Position numbers and translations under genes: made by a program. The notes under the pieces are model-generated. The model did not search any database. It was not told the origin of the DNA and saw only the letters and a program-made list of their open reading frames with translations. A DNA stretch of 63,790 bases, the filler included, from Nemertoderma westbladi (Eukaryota > Animalia > Xenacoelomorpha): NCBI GenBank assembly GCA_032718475.1. It is 3 parts of 3 records of this genome, joined end to end, with 100 filler letters (N's around TTAATTAATTAA, not from the genome) between each part and the next. Parts side by side here need not be neighbours in the genome. Positions count along the whole stretch, not along the records: positions 1 to 25,990 come from JAUCBJ010000254.1; positions 26,091 to 47,021 come from JAUCBJ010000190.1; 1 more part is not named here. The stretch is one strand, 5' to 3'. Every line of letters begins with the position of its first letter. Within the stretch, counting starts at the first letter, position 1. This document shows, piece by piece, positions 25,709-36,183 of this stretch.

Positions 25709-25822
25709 GTCTCAGTGTCCGAGTGGATACGGCGCCTGAACTTACACAATAGTGTTTGGTGGTTCAGGTTCGAATCCGACTAAAGGCTGTAGAAATTTCG
25801 CACTGTTGTGTTCCTAGGCAAG
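25709..25822 (+). mobile_element. tRNA-derived SINE head (duplicated in inverted form at the contig end)
   Basis: A box TGTCCGAGTGG, B box GGTTCGAATCC (25767-25777), CORE-like GTTGTGTTCCTAGGCAAG. Confidence 0.6.
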
Positions 25823-25990
25823 AGGAACACAACAGTGCGAAATTTCTACAGCCTTTAGTCGGATTCGAACCTGAACCACCAAACACTATTGTGTAAGTTC
25901 AGGCGCCGTATCCACTCGGACACTGAGACATTAATTAAGCTGCTACAGTAGTGTTAGTCAGTTAGTAATCGAGTAAGCCATATATTATAT

Positions 25991-26090
25991 NNNNNNNNNN
26001 NNNNNNNNNNNNNNNNNNNNNNNNNNNNNNNNNNTTAATTAATTAANNNNNNNNNNNNNNNNNNNNNNNNNNNNNNNNNNNNNNNNNNNN
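25991..26090. other. Artificial contig spacer
   Basis: 100-nt N run with central TTAATTAATTAA (stops in all frames). Confidence 0.95.
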
Positions 26091-27639
26091 CAGAGCCGTT
26101 ACACCCCTCTCCCCGGACGTTGATGTCAATCAACCCGGTACTTCGACCGGCGGATATACCGATCGCAATCCCATACCTTCTGATGCAATCATATTGCACC
26201 CTTCACCCAGGAGTTATAGCCCTCCTAGTAAAGTGGCTCGCCCCAAAGAGAAAAGGACTCTTGCTAGCTTCAAAAAACTGCGTAAACGCCGTCCGCGCAA
26301 GAAAGACTAACTGTTTAGAGTATTTTTGTATTTTAGAAACTGTGATTTTGTATATTTTATAGACTTAAATCCCATTTTCTGGGAGCGGTGTAAAAGCTTT
26401 TGTGGGATAACTGATACGTTTGCCTTTGCTGGCCAGTTTCCCCACAGGCGCTGGAATACTCTAAAAAAGGTTTTCTAACTGTGTATATATTCCCCTCGCC
26501 CGCAAGGTACCTTTACAGGTGTTTTAACGGACATAAAAATCATTCTGCTATATACGTGTTTTAGCGGACATGGTAAGACAAAAACTTGTAATGCAACAAC
26601 CACCTTTCACAGCTTAGCCGTGATGATTCATATTACGACATCTAACAGCTGGATGCTGACATGGAAACAGCCATTGGACGCGTGGTTCTTTGTTTGGCTT
26701 GGGCCAATCAGGGCGGTTTTTCCTGTCGACGTGTAGCTTTTCTGCCGATCATAAGGAGAGTGTTGAGTCTTACAGCTTTTTCTTGATACTTTGTTGTTAT
26801 TGCTGTCTAAGCCAGAAACACCGGCATTTTTAGATGTATGATACTGCTGTACCGTAAACTGCTTGAATTATCGAAAGTATAAACTGTTACCGGCGGCGGT
26901 GTCACCTTACTTAATTAACATACTCACTTAATTTAATTGTGTTAATCATATTGTTTATACTGTTATTTTACCGTCAGTTATTAATTGTAAATATTTGTTG
27001 ATGGAAATATTGCTATTTGGATAATACGGATAAATCACCCAATTCCCAAATTTCTTGATAACACTACAGGTTAGAGAGACCGGCTATACATAACAATTGC
27101 GATTTATATTAATGTGGTGTGTATTGAATCCAATGTTATTTAGCAGACCCTACGTGAGTCAATTACTGCTCTCTTTATGTGTGATCAAATGTACTGACTG
27201 TCGGCAGAATAGTGTGTATGATCGTGACTGGTAACAAAGTATTTCCTAAAGAATACGTTTTATACTTTAATCATCAGCAGTATCGTTGCGTTTAGTATAA
27301 GTCTTAGTTCTGTTTAAATAGATAAAGCGCCACGTCCTAAAGGAACTGTTAATATTTCCCGAAAGTCAATAATATCTGTCAGAGATTAATTATTAACGAT
27401 CTATCGAATAATACATAGGTATACACTGCAACCTTACACTGTAATAATACAATTCAAGCATCCGAATTCAGTCTCCCGGGTGTAGATCCATCGGGTGAAT
27501 GATCGCGCATGGGCTGACTTCGGCTAATGTTTTTCGTATTAGCATAAATTATTGTCGTATGCTAAAGTGGTTTTAATTAATTAGAAGACATATAAAATTT
27601 GGCAGGTTAAACTGCTAAAGGTCTTCAAAAGCGCGAACA
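26091..27639 (+). mobile_element. 3' end of related Bel/Pao element 2 (ORF3 tail 26092-26310, PPT, LTR 26389-27639)
   Basis: High similarity to 14810-15091; LTR TGTAAAAGC...GCGCGAACA, divergent from element 1 in its middle part. Confidence 0.92.
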
Positions 27640-28330
27640 GAAGGGATGTTCGACAGTTAGGCGGATATGTACGACAGATAGTACGTGAGTTAAGCTGGGA
27701 TGTACGACAAATAGACTGATATGTACGACATATAATACGACAGTTAGGAAGGGATGTTCGACAGTTAGGCGGATATGTACGACAGATAGTACGTGAGTTA
27801 AGCTGGGATGTACGACAAATAGACTGATATGTACACATATAATACGACAGTTAGGAAGGGATGTTCGACAGTTAGGCGGATATGTACGACAGATAGTACG
27901 TGAGTTAAGCTGGGATGTACGACAAATAGACTGATATGTACGACATATAATACGACAGTTAGAAAGGGATGTTCGACAGTTAGGCGGAGTTGTACGACAG
28001 ATAGTACGTGAGTTAAGCTGGGATGTACGACAAATAGACTGATATGTACGACATATAATACGACAGTTAGGAAGGGATGTTTTCGTACATCCCAGCTTAA
28101 CTCACGTACTATCTGTCGTACAACTCCGCCTAACTGTCGAACATCCCTTTCTAACTGTCGTATTATATGTCGTACATATCAGTCTATTTGTCGTACATCC
28201 CAGCTTAACTCACGTACTATCTGTCGTACATCTCTGTTTATCAGCACATCAGTACATCTCAGTCTAACTGTCGTACATCTAAGCCTTACTGCCATACTAG
28301 TTGTCGTACATCTCAACCTAACTGTCGTAC
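27640..28330. repeat. 108-bp tandem repeat (4 copies) followed by inverted and degenerate copies
   Basis: Unit GAAGGGATGTTCGACAG...CAGTTAG with GATGTACGACA subrepeats; orientation flips at about 28081. Confidence 0.9.
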
Positions 28331-28416
28331 TTTCTTCGTAATTGTATATAAATTGAATCTCCTGTTTTGTAAGGGTTTTGTAATTCCTTTATATAAATGT
28401 AGTTGGTCGTAGAAAA

Positions 28417-28929
28417 ATGTTTGCATTTGATATTGCGATCGGGATATTTATTATTGTATGTTATGATATCGCCATGGTTACCTCTTTGGAGTTTCCCATA
28501 GTAACCTACAACGGCGTCGGGATTGTAGTGGACCAGCAGGACTTAACGGCCAAGAAGAACAGACTGTCTGCGGCTCCGAACGTCCAGTGCAGCTGTCTGA
28601 GAGACTGCGACTCCATGACGTTACTGATGATAGACCCTGACGCCCCCGACCCTGCGAACCCAACCGCGGCACCCTGGCTGCATTGGCTCGTGGGAAACAT
28701 TCCCGGGAATAAAGTCTCGCAAGGGGAAACCTTCACTGATTACAATGGGCCAACGCCCCCAAGCGGCAGACATCGGTACGAGATTCGGGTTTACAATCAA
28801 ACAGACGGCGTCTCAGATAACTTCCCGACTCCGAGCTCCAGGCGTAATTTTGATGTCGCGCAACTGGAAACTAACGTGGGTCTAACTTTAGTTAGTAAAC
28901 TTACCTACACAGTGTCGGCCAACAATTAA
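28417..28929 (+). CDS. PEBP/RKIP-family phosphatidylethanolamine-binding protein, probably secreted
   Basis: LMIDPDAP, WLHWLVGNIPG, YNGPTPPSGRHRY motifs; hydrophobic N-terminus; TATATAAA about 25 nt upstream. Confidence 0.92.
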   Translation: MFAFDIAIGIFIIVCYDIAMVTSLEFPIVTYNGVGIVVDQQDLTAKKNRLSAAPNVQCSCLRDCDSMTLLMIDPDAPDPANPTAAPWLHWLVGNIPGNKVSQGETFTDYNGPTPPSGRHRYEIRVYNQTDGVSDNFPTPSSRRNFDVAQLETNVGLTLVSKLTYTVSANN

Positions 28930-30789
28930 CTATTTTTTTTATTTCCAATTATTTATTTATTTAAAGTTATTGAATATGTTATCGGTATGTAACAATATAA
29001 TAATAGATGTTATTATGGAATTATATTGGCAATGGCAATTGGGTTTCAAAAATGTAGATGTATCTATTTTATACAATCCGTTGGATAAAAAGATTACTTT
29101 TATCTGAAATTAATTAGTTACATCCTATAAGCAGCATAACAGACCTATCAACTTCTCAATTAATGGAAAGAACAGGTTACAGTGGCTGATTGATTATTTG
29201 AACAAAAACAATATACGAGAGTAAATTAACAGTTTTTCTGGCAATCAGCTGTTATTTCAGTCGATTTCCCATGGATAGGATTGGATTTTGATAGCGTAAA
29301 CAGTTGCACCCCGTCCCTCCCCACCCACCCAACCCCCCCCCCCCTCCCCACCCCCGCCGGCTATCTGGAAGGCGTAGGTCAATCAATTAGTGTCGATGTT
29401 CAAATAGGATCCCGATCTCGAAACATTTGTATCCCAACGAAAAATGTAATCCGTATAATTATCGAGACCTACACAAGTCTAAAATATAATCCGTATAATT
29501 GTTTGGGTTGGTTAGATCTATCGACCTCATTCGAGACCTACACAAATCTAACGGCGCCGGGCGCTACCTTCCAGGGGCGCAAAATTTGAATTGTAGTGAC
29601 AGTGGAATCAAAGCCAGCTGATAGTGAAGTTAGAGTAATAAAATAATTTGGAGTAGCGGGAATGGATGGTGATCAGTTATAATAGAGATTCAAGATATTT
29701 ATTTTATAACAAGTGATTTTTTCGTCTTTGCATTTTTAATTTCGAATGGCAATTCATTCCATATTTCTGGGCCTGTAAATCAAGACTGTTTGTATATTTG
29801 GAATCAAACACGCGTAATGAAAAAACTTTTAGTGGATGCTGAACGAGTAGATTACTTATGAACATTGGATATTGAATTAAATAGTTTTGAAAGGCCGTCA
29901 GTTTTAGAACAATTTTTGATGTCAAACATTCAAAATTCCAGCACAAATTGTTTTTCAAGTGAAGTGGGAGAAAGTGACGTAATTAAATATATATGCCAGT
30001 TAATTCTTAATACATTATTATACACAATTATTATACTGTAAATACATTCCAATGTGATAATGTTTTTGTCCGTTTTGATTTAAGTTCACTATTCCTCAAT
30101 GAAATTTAAACATATTATAATTTTATTATCAGGATCGGATCCAGTTGAGGCGTCAAAAGTGAGAGTTTAAGGGGGGGGGGGGGGGGGTTCACCTTTTGGA
30201 GACACCTCCAGTTTTTGGAGGTTTAAAAGAGTTTATATTGCATAAATACACTGAAATTATACATACATATGTATTAGTTAATTCTTTAAACAATTTTAGA
30301 AAAAAAAAATAAAATTTGAATTTCCCGCCAATTTTATTCAAATTTTTCTGATTTTCATTCTAAATGCTAAGGCTCCTAGAATTTAAGTCAAGTTAAATTC
30401 AAATTTGGCAAGGAGCATCAGTGGGGGCTGCTTTACAGAACTTCTAGACAGATTTTTGAAATTTTGACCGGAAGTGTATTTTTTATTTAAAAAAATATTT
30501 TTATTTTTTTAAATTATCGGCCCAGAACACCACTTAATTTCAAGAATTCAAAATTCTGTCTAGAAGTTTTATTGCTCAACATCTCTAGATCACTGTGTGA
30601 AAATTTCAAACGATTTGATGAAAAAATGACGGAGGAGTTGTATTTTGAGTGGAGCAGAAACGAGAAAAAATAATTCCGAGTAAAATGGGTTTAAAGTTTG
30701 AACCTTCCCGCTCAAAATTTCCTCTCTATTATTCTGTCAATATGTAATAATCATAGTGTGTAATATATGTATGTTAATGAAGAAGCACA

Positions 30790-31385
30790 GAGCTGAAATC
30801 TTCGCTACGGGGGTTTTCGAGGTTGCTGATTTCATTTCTAGTATCTGTTTTCATTTTTGTCAAAATCTTGTCTGTCTGTCAGACTGTCTGTCTGTCCGTC
30901 AAATTATACAAAATAATTACATGGCAAGCTACAATTTCCGCTACTGAGGTTTTTGAGGTCACTGATTTCATTTCTGGTATCTGTTTTCATTTTTGTCAAA
31001 ATCTTGTTTGTCTGTCTGTCTGTCAGACTGTCCGTCTGTCCGTCAAATTATACTGAATACTTACATAGCAAGCTAAAATTTTCGCTATTGAGGTTTTCGA
31101 GGTCGCTTATTTCATTTCTGGTATCTGTTTTCATTTTTGTCAAAATCTTGTCTATCTGTCTGTCTGTCTGTCTATCTGTCTGTCTGTCTTTCTGTCAGAC
31201 TGTCTGACTGTCCGTCAAATTATACTAAATACTTACATGGCAAGTTACAATTTTTGCTACAGAGGTTTTCGAGGTCGCTGATTTCATTTCTGGTATCGAT
31301 TGACATTATTGTCAAAATATTGTCTGTCTGTCTTTCTGTGTGTCTGTCTGTCTGTCAGTCTGTCCGTCAATCAGTCTATCGATGA
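30790..31385. repeat. About 135-bp tandem repeats with (GTCT)n, DINE/Helentron-like element
   Basis: 4-5 units GGTTTTCGAGGTCGCTGATTTCATTTCTGG...CTGTCTGTC; related sequence at about 17100-17570. Confidence 0.6.
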
Positions 31386-31747
31386 TAATATATGTTCAAA
31401 ATTATTCCAAATCTGTTTTAGAACAAATTGAAGTCACTAAAATAGTTAGATCATAAAAATTACCAAAAGACATTATTTCTTCATTAAATTAATATAAATT
31501 TTGATTTTCGATGCAATCATGCCGTAGTAAAATCGTCATATCTTAAAATCTAATCAAGCTGAGAACTAATAACTTTCATATTCGGAATTACCATTAAATT
31601 CAACACAAAAATCGCACAAAAAAACATTTTTCACTTTTTTGACCAAAAAAAGAAAAAAACAATTTAGAATGATAGAAACATATACCTATCACCTCTAGAA
31701 GCATGTTCGTTTGGTTCGCTCGATGAATTTTATTTACCACACTTTTT

Positions 31748-31781
<34 letters not shown>

Positions 31782-32780
31782 CACCTCCTGATTTAGCCCC
31801 GGGCACCACTTTAGCTCTGCACGCCACTGACACCTAACCATAACACATGGACGATTCAATTATTCGCCTATCCTACCTAAATGACTTCCTAATTCGCTAA
31901 ACGGTTCGTACACAGAATGGTTCGCCCCACAATGATACAATATTCTTCAAAGATTTAAAATGTAGCCCATAACAATGTTCCACCCATAACTCAGAAAACC
32001 ATAGCATATACTTAACGGTAGGAGATCCCTATCGCTTAGACCCATCTGTGCTGTCCCTTTGCATGAGGTCATTGAGGTCTCACGTGTGCGTTAAAGAAAC
32101 CTGTGGTATGGGTCACTGGTTGTTTGCGGCCGAACCGATAGTCCGTCACATTGTTGCGTCCGGTGTGGATAAAATCAAGCTCCGGTTGATTTTTATATAT
32201 TTGTGTCCGTCACTGTAGGAATATATTATACCTACGGAGGTTCAGTCATACGAATTCATTAATACAATAGACCTGGCACACTCTACCACGAATCTTTCCG
32301 GCAAACTACTCCAAACAATAACGGTATCACGCCGAGTTAATATACGCCAGAACTCACTGGCCAACTCATTTAGTTTAAATGGACAGGCGGAATGATTGAT
32401 TGAATAGTGACGGGTTGGTGAGCGTAATCGTAAGACTACACTCGTATCAATGACCGAACACACAACCATAATATGTCAGTGCCAAGAATTTTAATGATGT
32501 TGATTGTTCTTAGAATTTAGGTGGAAAAGTGAATCAAGTTATATTTATTGATGTTCCTGTACTTTAGTATATCCAAATTTATTGAATACCTTGTAACATC
32601 ATTGATAGAGCCATAAAAGTTATTTCTATTGCTAGTATTATTCAAATATTTCACCTAAGTGTAACTTTATTTATTTTATCTGACATCTAACATTTTTTCC
32701 CTGACATTAATTTATTATCGGTTGATTTATATATTGTAAATAATTAATAAAATCGAACTCAATTAATTTATAACCAAAAT

Positions 32781-35700
32781 ATGTTTAGAAGAAAATCAAA
32801 CTCAAAACGATCTTCTGCTGAGGACCACGGATACACCAGTGAGTCAGCAGCCCATCACAGATCCTCCAGACACAAATACAGGGGTCACACAGCGACGTCG
32901 CATAGCGACCACGAGGACCAAGTTAAAACTGGAAAACATTCCGCAAAGTCGAAGTCTTCATCATCCGATCGGTATAGAAATTCGAACCCACTGGAGGATT
33001 ATTTCATACCGCCATCTAACCCAAGAATATTTATCGAGAGAAATGAGAAAGGAAATAATATGTCAGGAAGTGGTGAAAGTCTAGTTAAACCGCGCCCTGA
33101 CTTAGTGCAGCACGTGAATAACGTGGTGCCACCCGACCTTCCGCCAAAGAAGACCGGGCGAGGTCACAGTAGCGATGTGGAAATGGAAGGGACTAGACGA
33201 CGTACAAACAATGCAAACAGAAGAACTACTTACTATTCAGATGATGAGAGAATACGCAGCTCCGACGTAAATGGGTCGCCTGGGAGTGCGGTTGGATCAC
33301 TTGACCATCTGCTTGCCGATAAACGCAGTGCCTCAATAAAGCCACGACTGGCGCCAATATTGCAATCCAATATGTTACAAACCAATAAATCGAACCAGCA
33401 AGGCGTAGAGTATATACGGGCAACCGCCGGTGTCACCCCCTATGGACGAAACAACCATCGAAATGAACCGCCAATAAATAGTCCACAGAAACCCGCCGTC
33501 ACCAGAGCTTTCCCTTCAGATATTCGTTTTGCCGCGGTTTCTAAGGGAGTTTCGGGTTTTCAGCCGTATAAACCTCCAGGAGTTCCGCAAAGACATCATA
33601 GTGCCGACGATATCCTGGCAGCTAATCGGAGTATCGGCTCTCAACAACATCAGAAACCGGTACATATGCCATCAAACAATGCAGAAAAGGATCAACAACA
33701 TCAGAAACCGGTACATATGCCATCAAACAATGCAGAAAAGGACTATATTATTGTTGGAAATCAACGATTTTCCTATGTTAATAATATATTTGATAAAAGC
33801 GACCATAAAGATGCAAAGAATTATGATACATCAGCTTATAATTTGGGGAAACAGAGAAAGTTAAGCTCTTCTAAGAGTGTATCCAGTCATTACTCGCAGG
33901 ATGCTATCAGTAGAAGCACTACGGATTACCCAACTGTTGGGCAACAATCAGCCTCATCGATTGCATATCACTCCAGCAAACCCAATACCACGCATGGATC
34001 TCCATTACGTCATCACAATGTTGCCATGGTAAGACCACAGAAAATAAGTGATAACATTGTGTTGAGAGGAAGTTCTGTATCATCTCAAAATGGTCGACTT
34101 GACGATACGAGTAACTCACAATTGGGAAGAGACACACATGCCATGAGAAATATCTCCTTTCCACACAATAATGACGATGTTGCAATAGCTACACTAGGGT
34201 CTCTAAGTGGAGGTTACCATAACACTAATGGTTATAATGTAACTACAACCGATATGGATCTTCGTGATGAACAGAGTGTATTCAGCCAAGATGTTGAAAG
34301 TATGGCTGAAGATTTAGCGGCTCAAAAGAAAGCTTACAACAAATTACTGGAAGCATTCCGCATGTTTAGGGATGAGGATGCTTACCAACTTATAAAAGAG
34401 AAAGAGATTTCCAAAAAGCTTGCTGAAGATAATCATTCTTTGAGTAGTGAGCTTGAAGAACTTAGTAAGAAAATGTTTGAAAAACGGAAACATGTTACCT
34501 CTCCGCTAACTATCAGTCCAACCAAATCTGTAATTGTGGAGCTAACAAAAATAACTAATAGCTTGGGTGATATATATAATAAGGTTAATCCTTTGGCCAA
34601 GAAGCTATCCGATGTTATTAATGCCAAAGGGAGCAATGTTTCCCAAACTGTAGTTCAACTACAAAACCACCTCAAGTGCATATCCGCCGAAATAATCTCT
34701 CTCAGAGGATTATTATCATCTAAGATTAATCCTCGCGATGTAAATGCAAGGAATAAAGATTCGCCTAAATCTGAAAATGTGATGAACGATCTAATACACA
34801 TGCAATGCATTCTGTCAGAAGCAAATATTGTGGATATTCTTGAGAAAATGTTCACCAATTCTCAGAATTTTATCTGGGATGGACCAGTTTTGCTAAATAT
34901 TAATGGGACTTTTGATCCAGCGAATTCTGAAGCTATTCTCAGTGCTCCGCGATACAATGCTGGCGAAAATTTGGAGAAGTTGGTGTATAGATTAGTGTCC
35001 GAATATATTGAGACAAACACTTCACAGGTGGTTATTTTGAATGGCGTCAGCGGGAGCGGAAAAACGCATCTTGCTCAGAGCATCATTCGCGTTATTTACG
35101 AACGAAATTCTAGCTGTGGAACTCACAGTGAGATTTACAAACAAATGGCAGCAGGAGTGTGCATTCTACAAGCATTCACAACCTGCCATACTCCCACTAA
35201 CTTCAACTCAAGTCGCCTTGGATTCTTTTATGAAATCCAAATGCATAAATACCAATTAATTCGAACTAAATTTAATTCATATTTCCTGGACCAATCACGG
35301 ATTACAGATCGGCCTTGGGCCGAGGGTAACTACCACATATTCTATCAGATGCTGGCCGGTCTGTCCTATGATGAACGTTCTAAGTTGCATCTCAGTGGGT
35401 ACACAGCTCAAAGTTTAACATTTCTTAAATACAAATGCGCGGATGGCTACGGGGCAGCAGTTGGAAACCCTTCAGAATCGTTTTCACAATGGCGCCAAGC
35501 TCTCGCTAGTTTGGGAATACCGTTTGAGGATGTAACACGTGTGCTATCTGCTATAATGCTTCTAGGAAATGTCGAATTCATAGAGAGCAACGAGACCATG
35601 GATTTGGATGTAAAGGGTCACGATGAGATAAAATCAGTGGCAGCCCTTTTAGGGGTTTCTGGTGTATCCCTCTACCGTGGACTAACAACTCGTACAGTCG

Positions 35701-36182
35701 TAGTTCGAGGAAATTGCACAAAGACCATGTGTAATGCAGCAACAGCAAACCACAGTCGGAACATTCTAGCGAAAGCATTGTATGCTAGAACTCTTATTTC
35801 CCTTAATCGAAGGATCAACAATCCAAAACGACCTTTAACTCCCAACAATTCGAGTAGAGCCAGTGATTCCAGCGAATCTGTGCCACCCATGATGCAACCG
35901 CAGACAGCTGAGAACTTTCTCAGTATAGGGCTACCTAAAATCAATGGCAATGCAGCTAACAAGGAAGAACCATATGGGTTTATAGGAATTGTGGATCTAT
36001 TTGGAACTGAAGATGCCAACCCAAATAGTTTAGAACAACTTTGCATTAACCTTTGCACAGAGACTTTAGAATACTTCTACACAACCAATGTGTTTCGCTC
36101 TACGCAGGATAACTGGCGTGATGACTGTGTATCCTGCGATATCGAGCTCAGTTACCATGACAATGGGCCTTGCGTGGAGTGA
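32781..36182 (+). CDS. dachs: Unconventional myosin, dachs-like, motor domain incomplete
   Basis: Long low-complexity N-terminus and coiled coil; P-loop GVSGSGKT, NSSRLG, NYHIFYQMLAGL, DLFGTE, LEQLCINLCTE; ends at DNGPCVE*. Confidence 0.75.
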   Translation: MFRRKSNSKRSSAEDHGYTSESAAHHRSSRHKYRGHTATSHSDHEDQVKTGKHSAKSKSSSSDRYRNSNPLEDYFIPPSNPRIFIERNEKGNNMSGSGESLVKPRPDLVQHVNNVVPPDLPPKKTGRGHSSDVEMEGTRRRTNNANRRTTYYSDDERIRSSDVNGSPGSAVGSLDHLLADKRSASIKPRLAPILQSNMLQTNKSNQQGVEYIRATAGVTPYGRNNHRNEPPINSPQKPAVTRAFPSDIRFAAVSKGVSGFQPYKPPGVPQRHHSADDILAANRSIGSQQHQKPVHMPSNNAEKDQQHQKPVHMPSNNAEKDYIIVGNQRFSYVNNIFDKSDHKDAKNYDTSAYNLGKQRKLSSSKSVSSHYSQDAISRSTTDYPTVGQQSASSIAYHSSKPNTTHGSPLRHHNVAMVRPQKISDNIVLRGSSVSSQNGRLDDTSNSQLGRDTHAMRNISFPHNNDDVAIATLGSLSGGYHNTNGYNVTTTDMDLRDEQSVFSQDVESMAEDLAAQKKAYNKLLEAFRMFRDEDAYQLIKEKEISKKLAEDNHSLSSELEELSKKMFEKRKHVTSPLTISPTKSVIVELTKITNSLGDIYNKVNPLAKKLSDVINAKGSNVSQTVVQLQNHLKCISAEIISLRGLLSSKINPRDVNARNKDSPKSENVMNDLIHMQCILSEANIVDILEKMFTNSQNFIWDGPVLLNINGTFDPANSEAILSAPRYNAGENLEKLVYRLVSEYIETNTSQVVILNGVSGSGKTHLAQSIIRVIYERNSSCGTHSEIYKQMAAGVCILQAFTTCHTPTNFNSSRLGFFYEIQMHKYQLIRTKFNSYFLDQSRITDRPWAEGNYHIFYQMLAGLSYDERSKLHLSGYTAQSLTFLKYKCADGYGAAVGNPSESFSQWRQALASLGIPFEDVTRVLSAIMLLGNVEFIESNETMDLDVKGHDEIKSVAALLGVSGVSLYRGLTTRTVVVRGNCTKTMCNAATANHSRNILAKALYARTLISLNRRINNPKRPLTPNNSSRASDSSESVPPMMQPQTAENFLSIGLPKINGNAANKEEPYGFIGIVDLFGTEDANPNSLEQLCINLCTETLEYFYTTNVFRSTQDNWRDDCVSCDIELSYHDNGPCVE

Positions 36183-36183
36183 C

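Noticed and set aside
20843-25790. Functional tRNA genes at about 20843 and 25709
   Set aside because: A/B boxes are present but there is no proper cloverleaf, and SINE-like bodies follow.
25649-25989. Perfect 167-bp-arm palindrome
   Set aside because: Arms are identical, the fold lies in the middle of a SINE and ends at the contig end; most likely a fold-back amplification or assembly artefact.
25991-26090. TTAATTAATTAA as a biological motif, or linkage across gaps
   Set aside because: Artificial spacer, identical at 47022-47121; adjacency of the contigs is not evidence of linkage.
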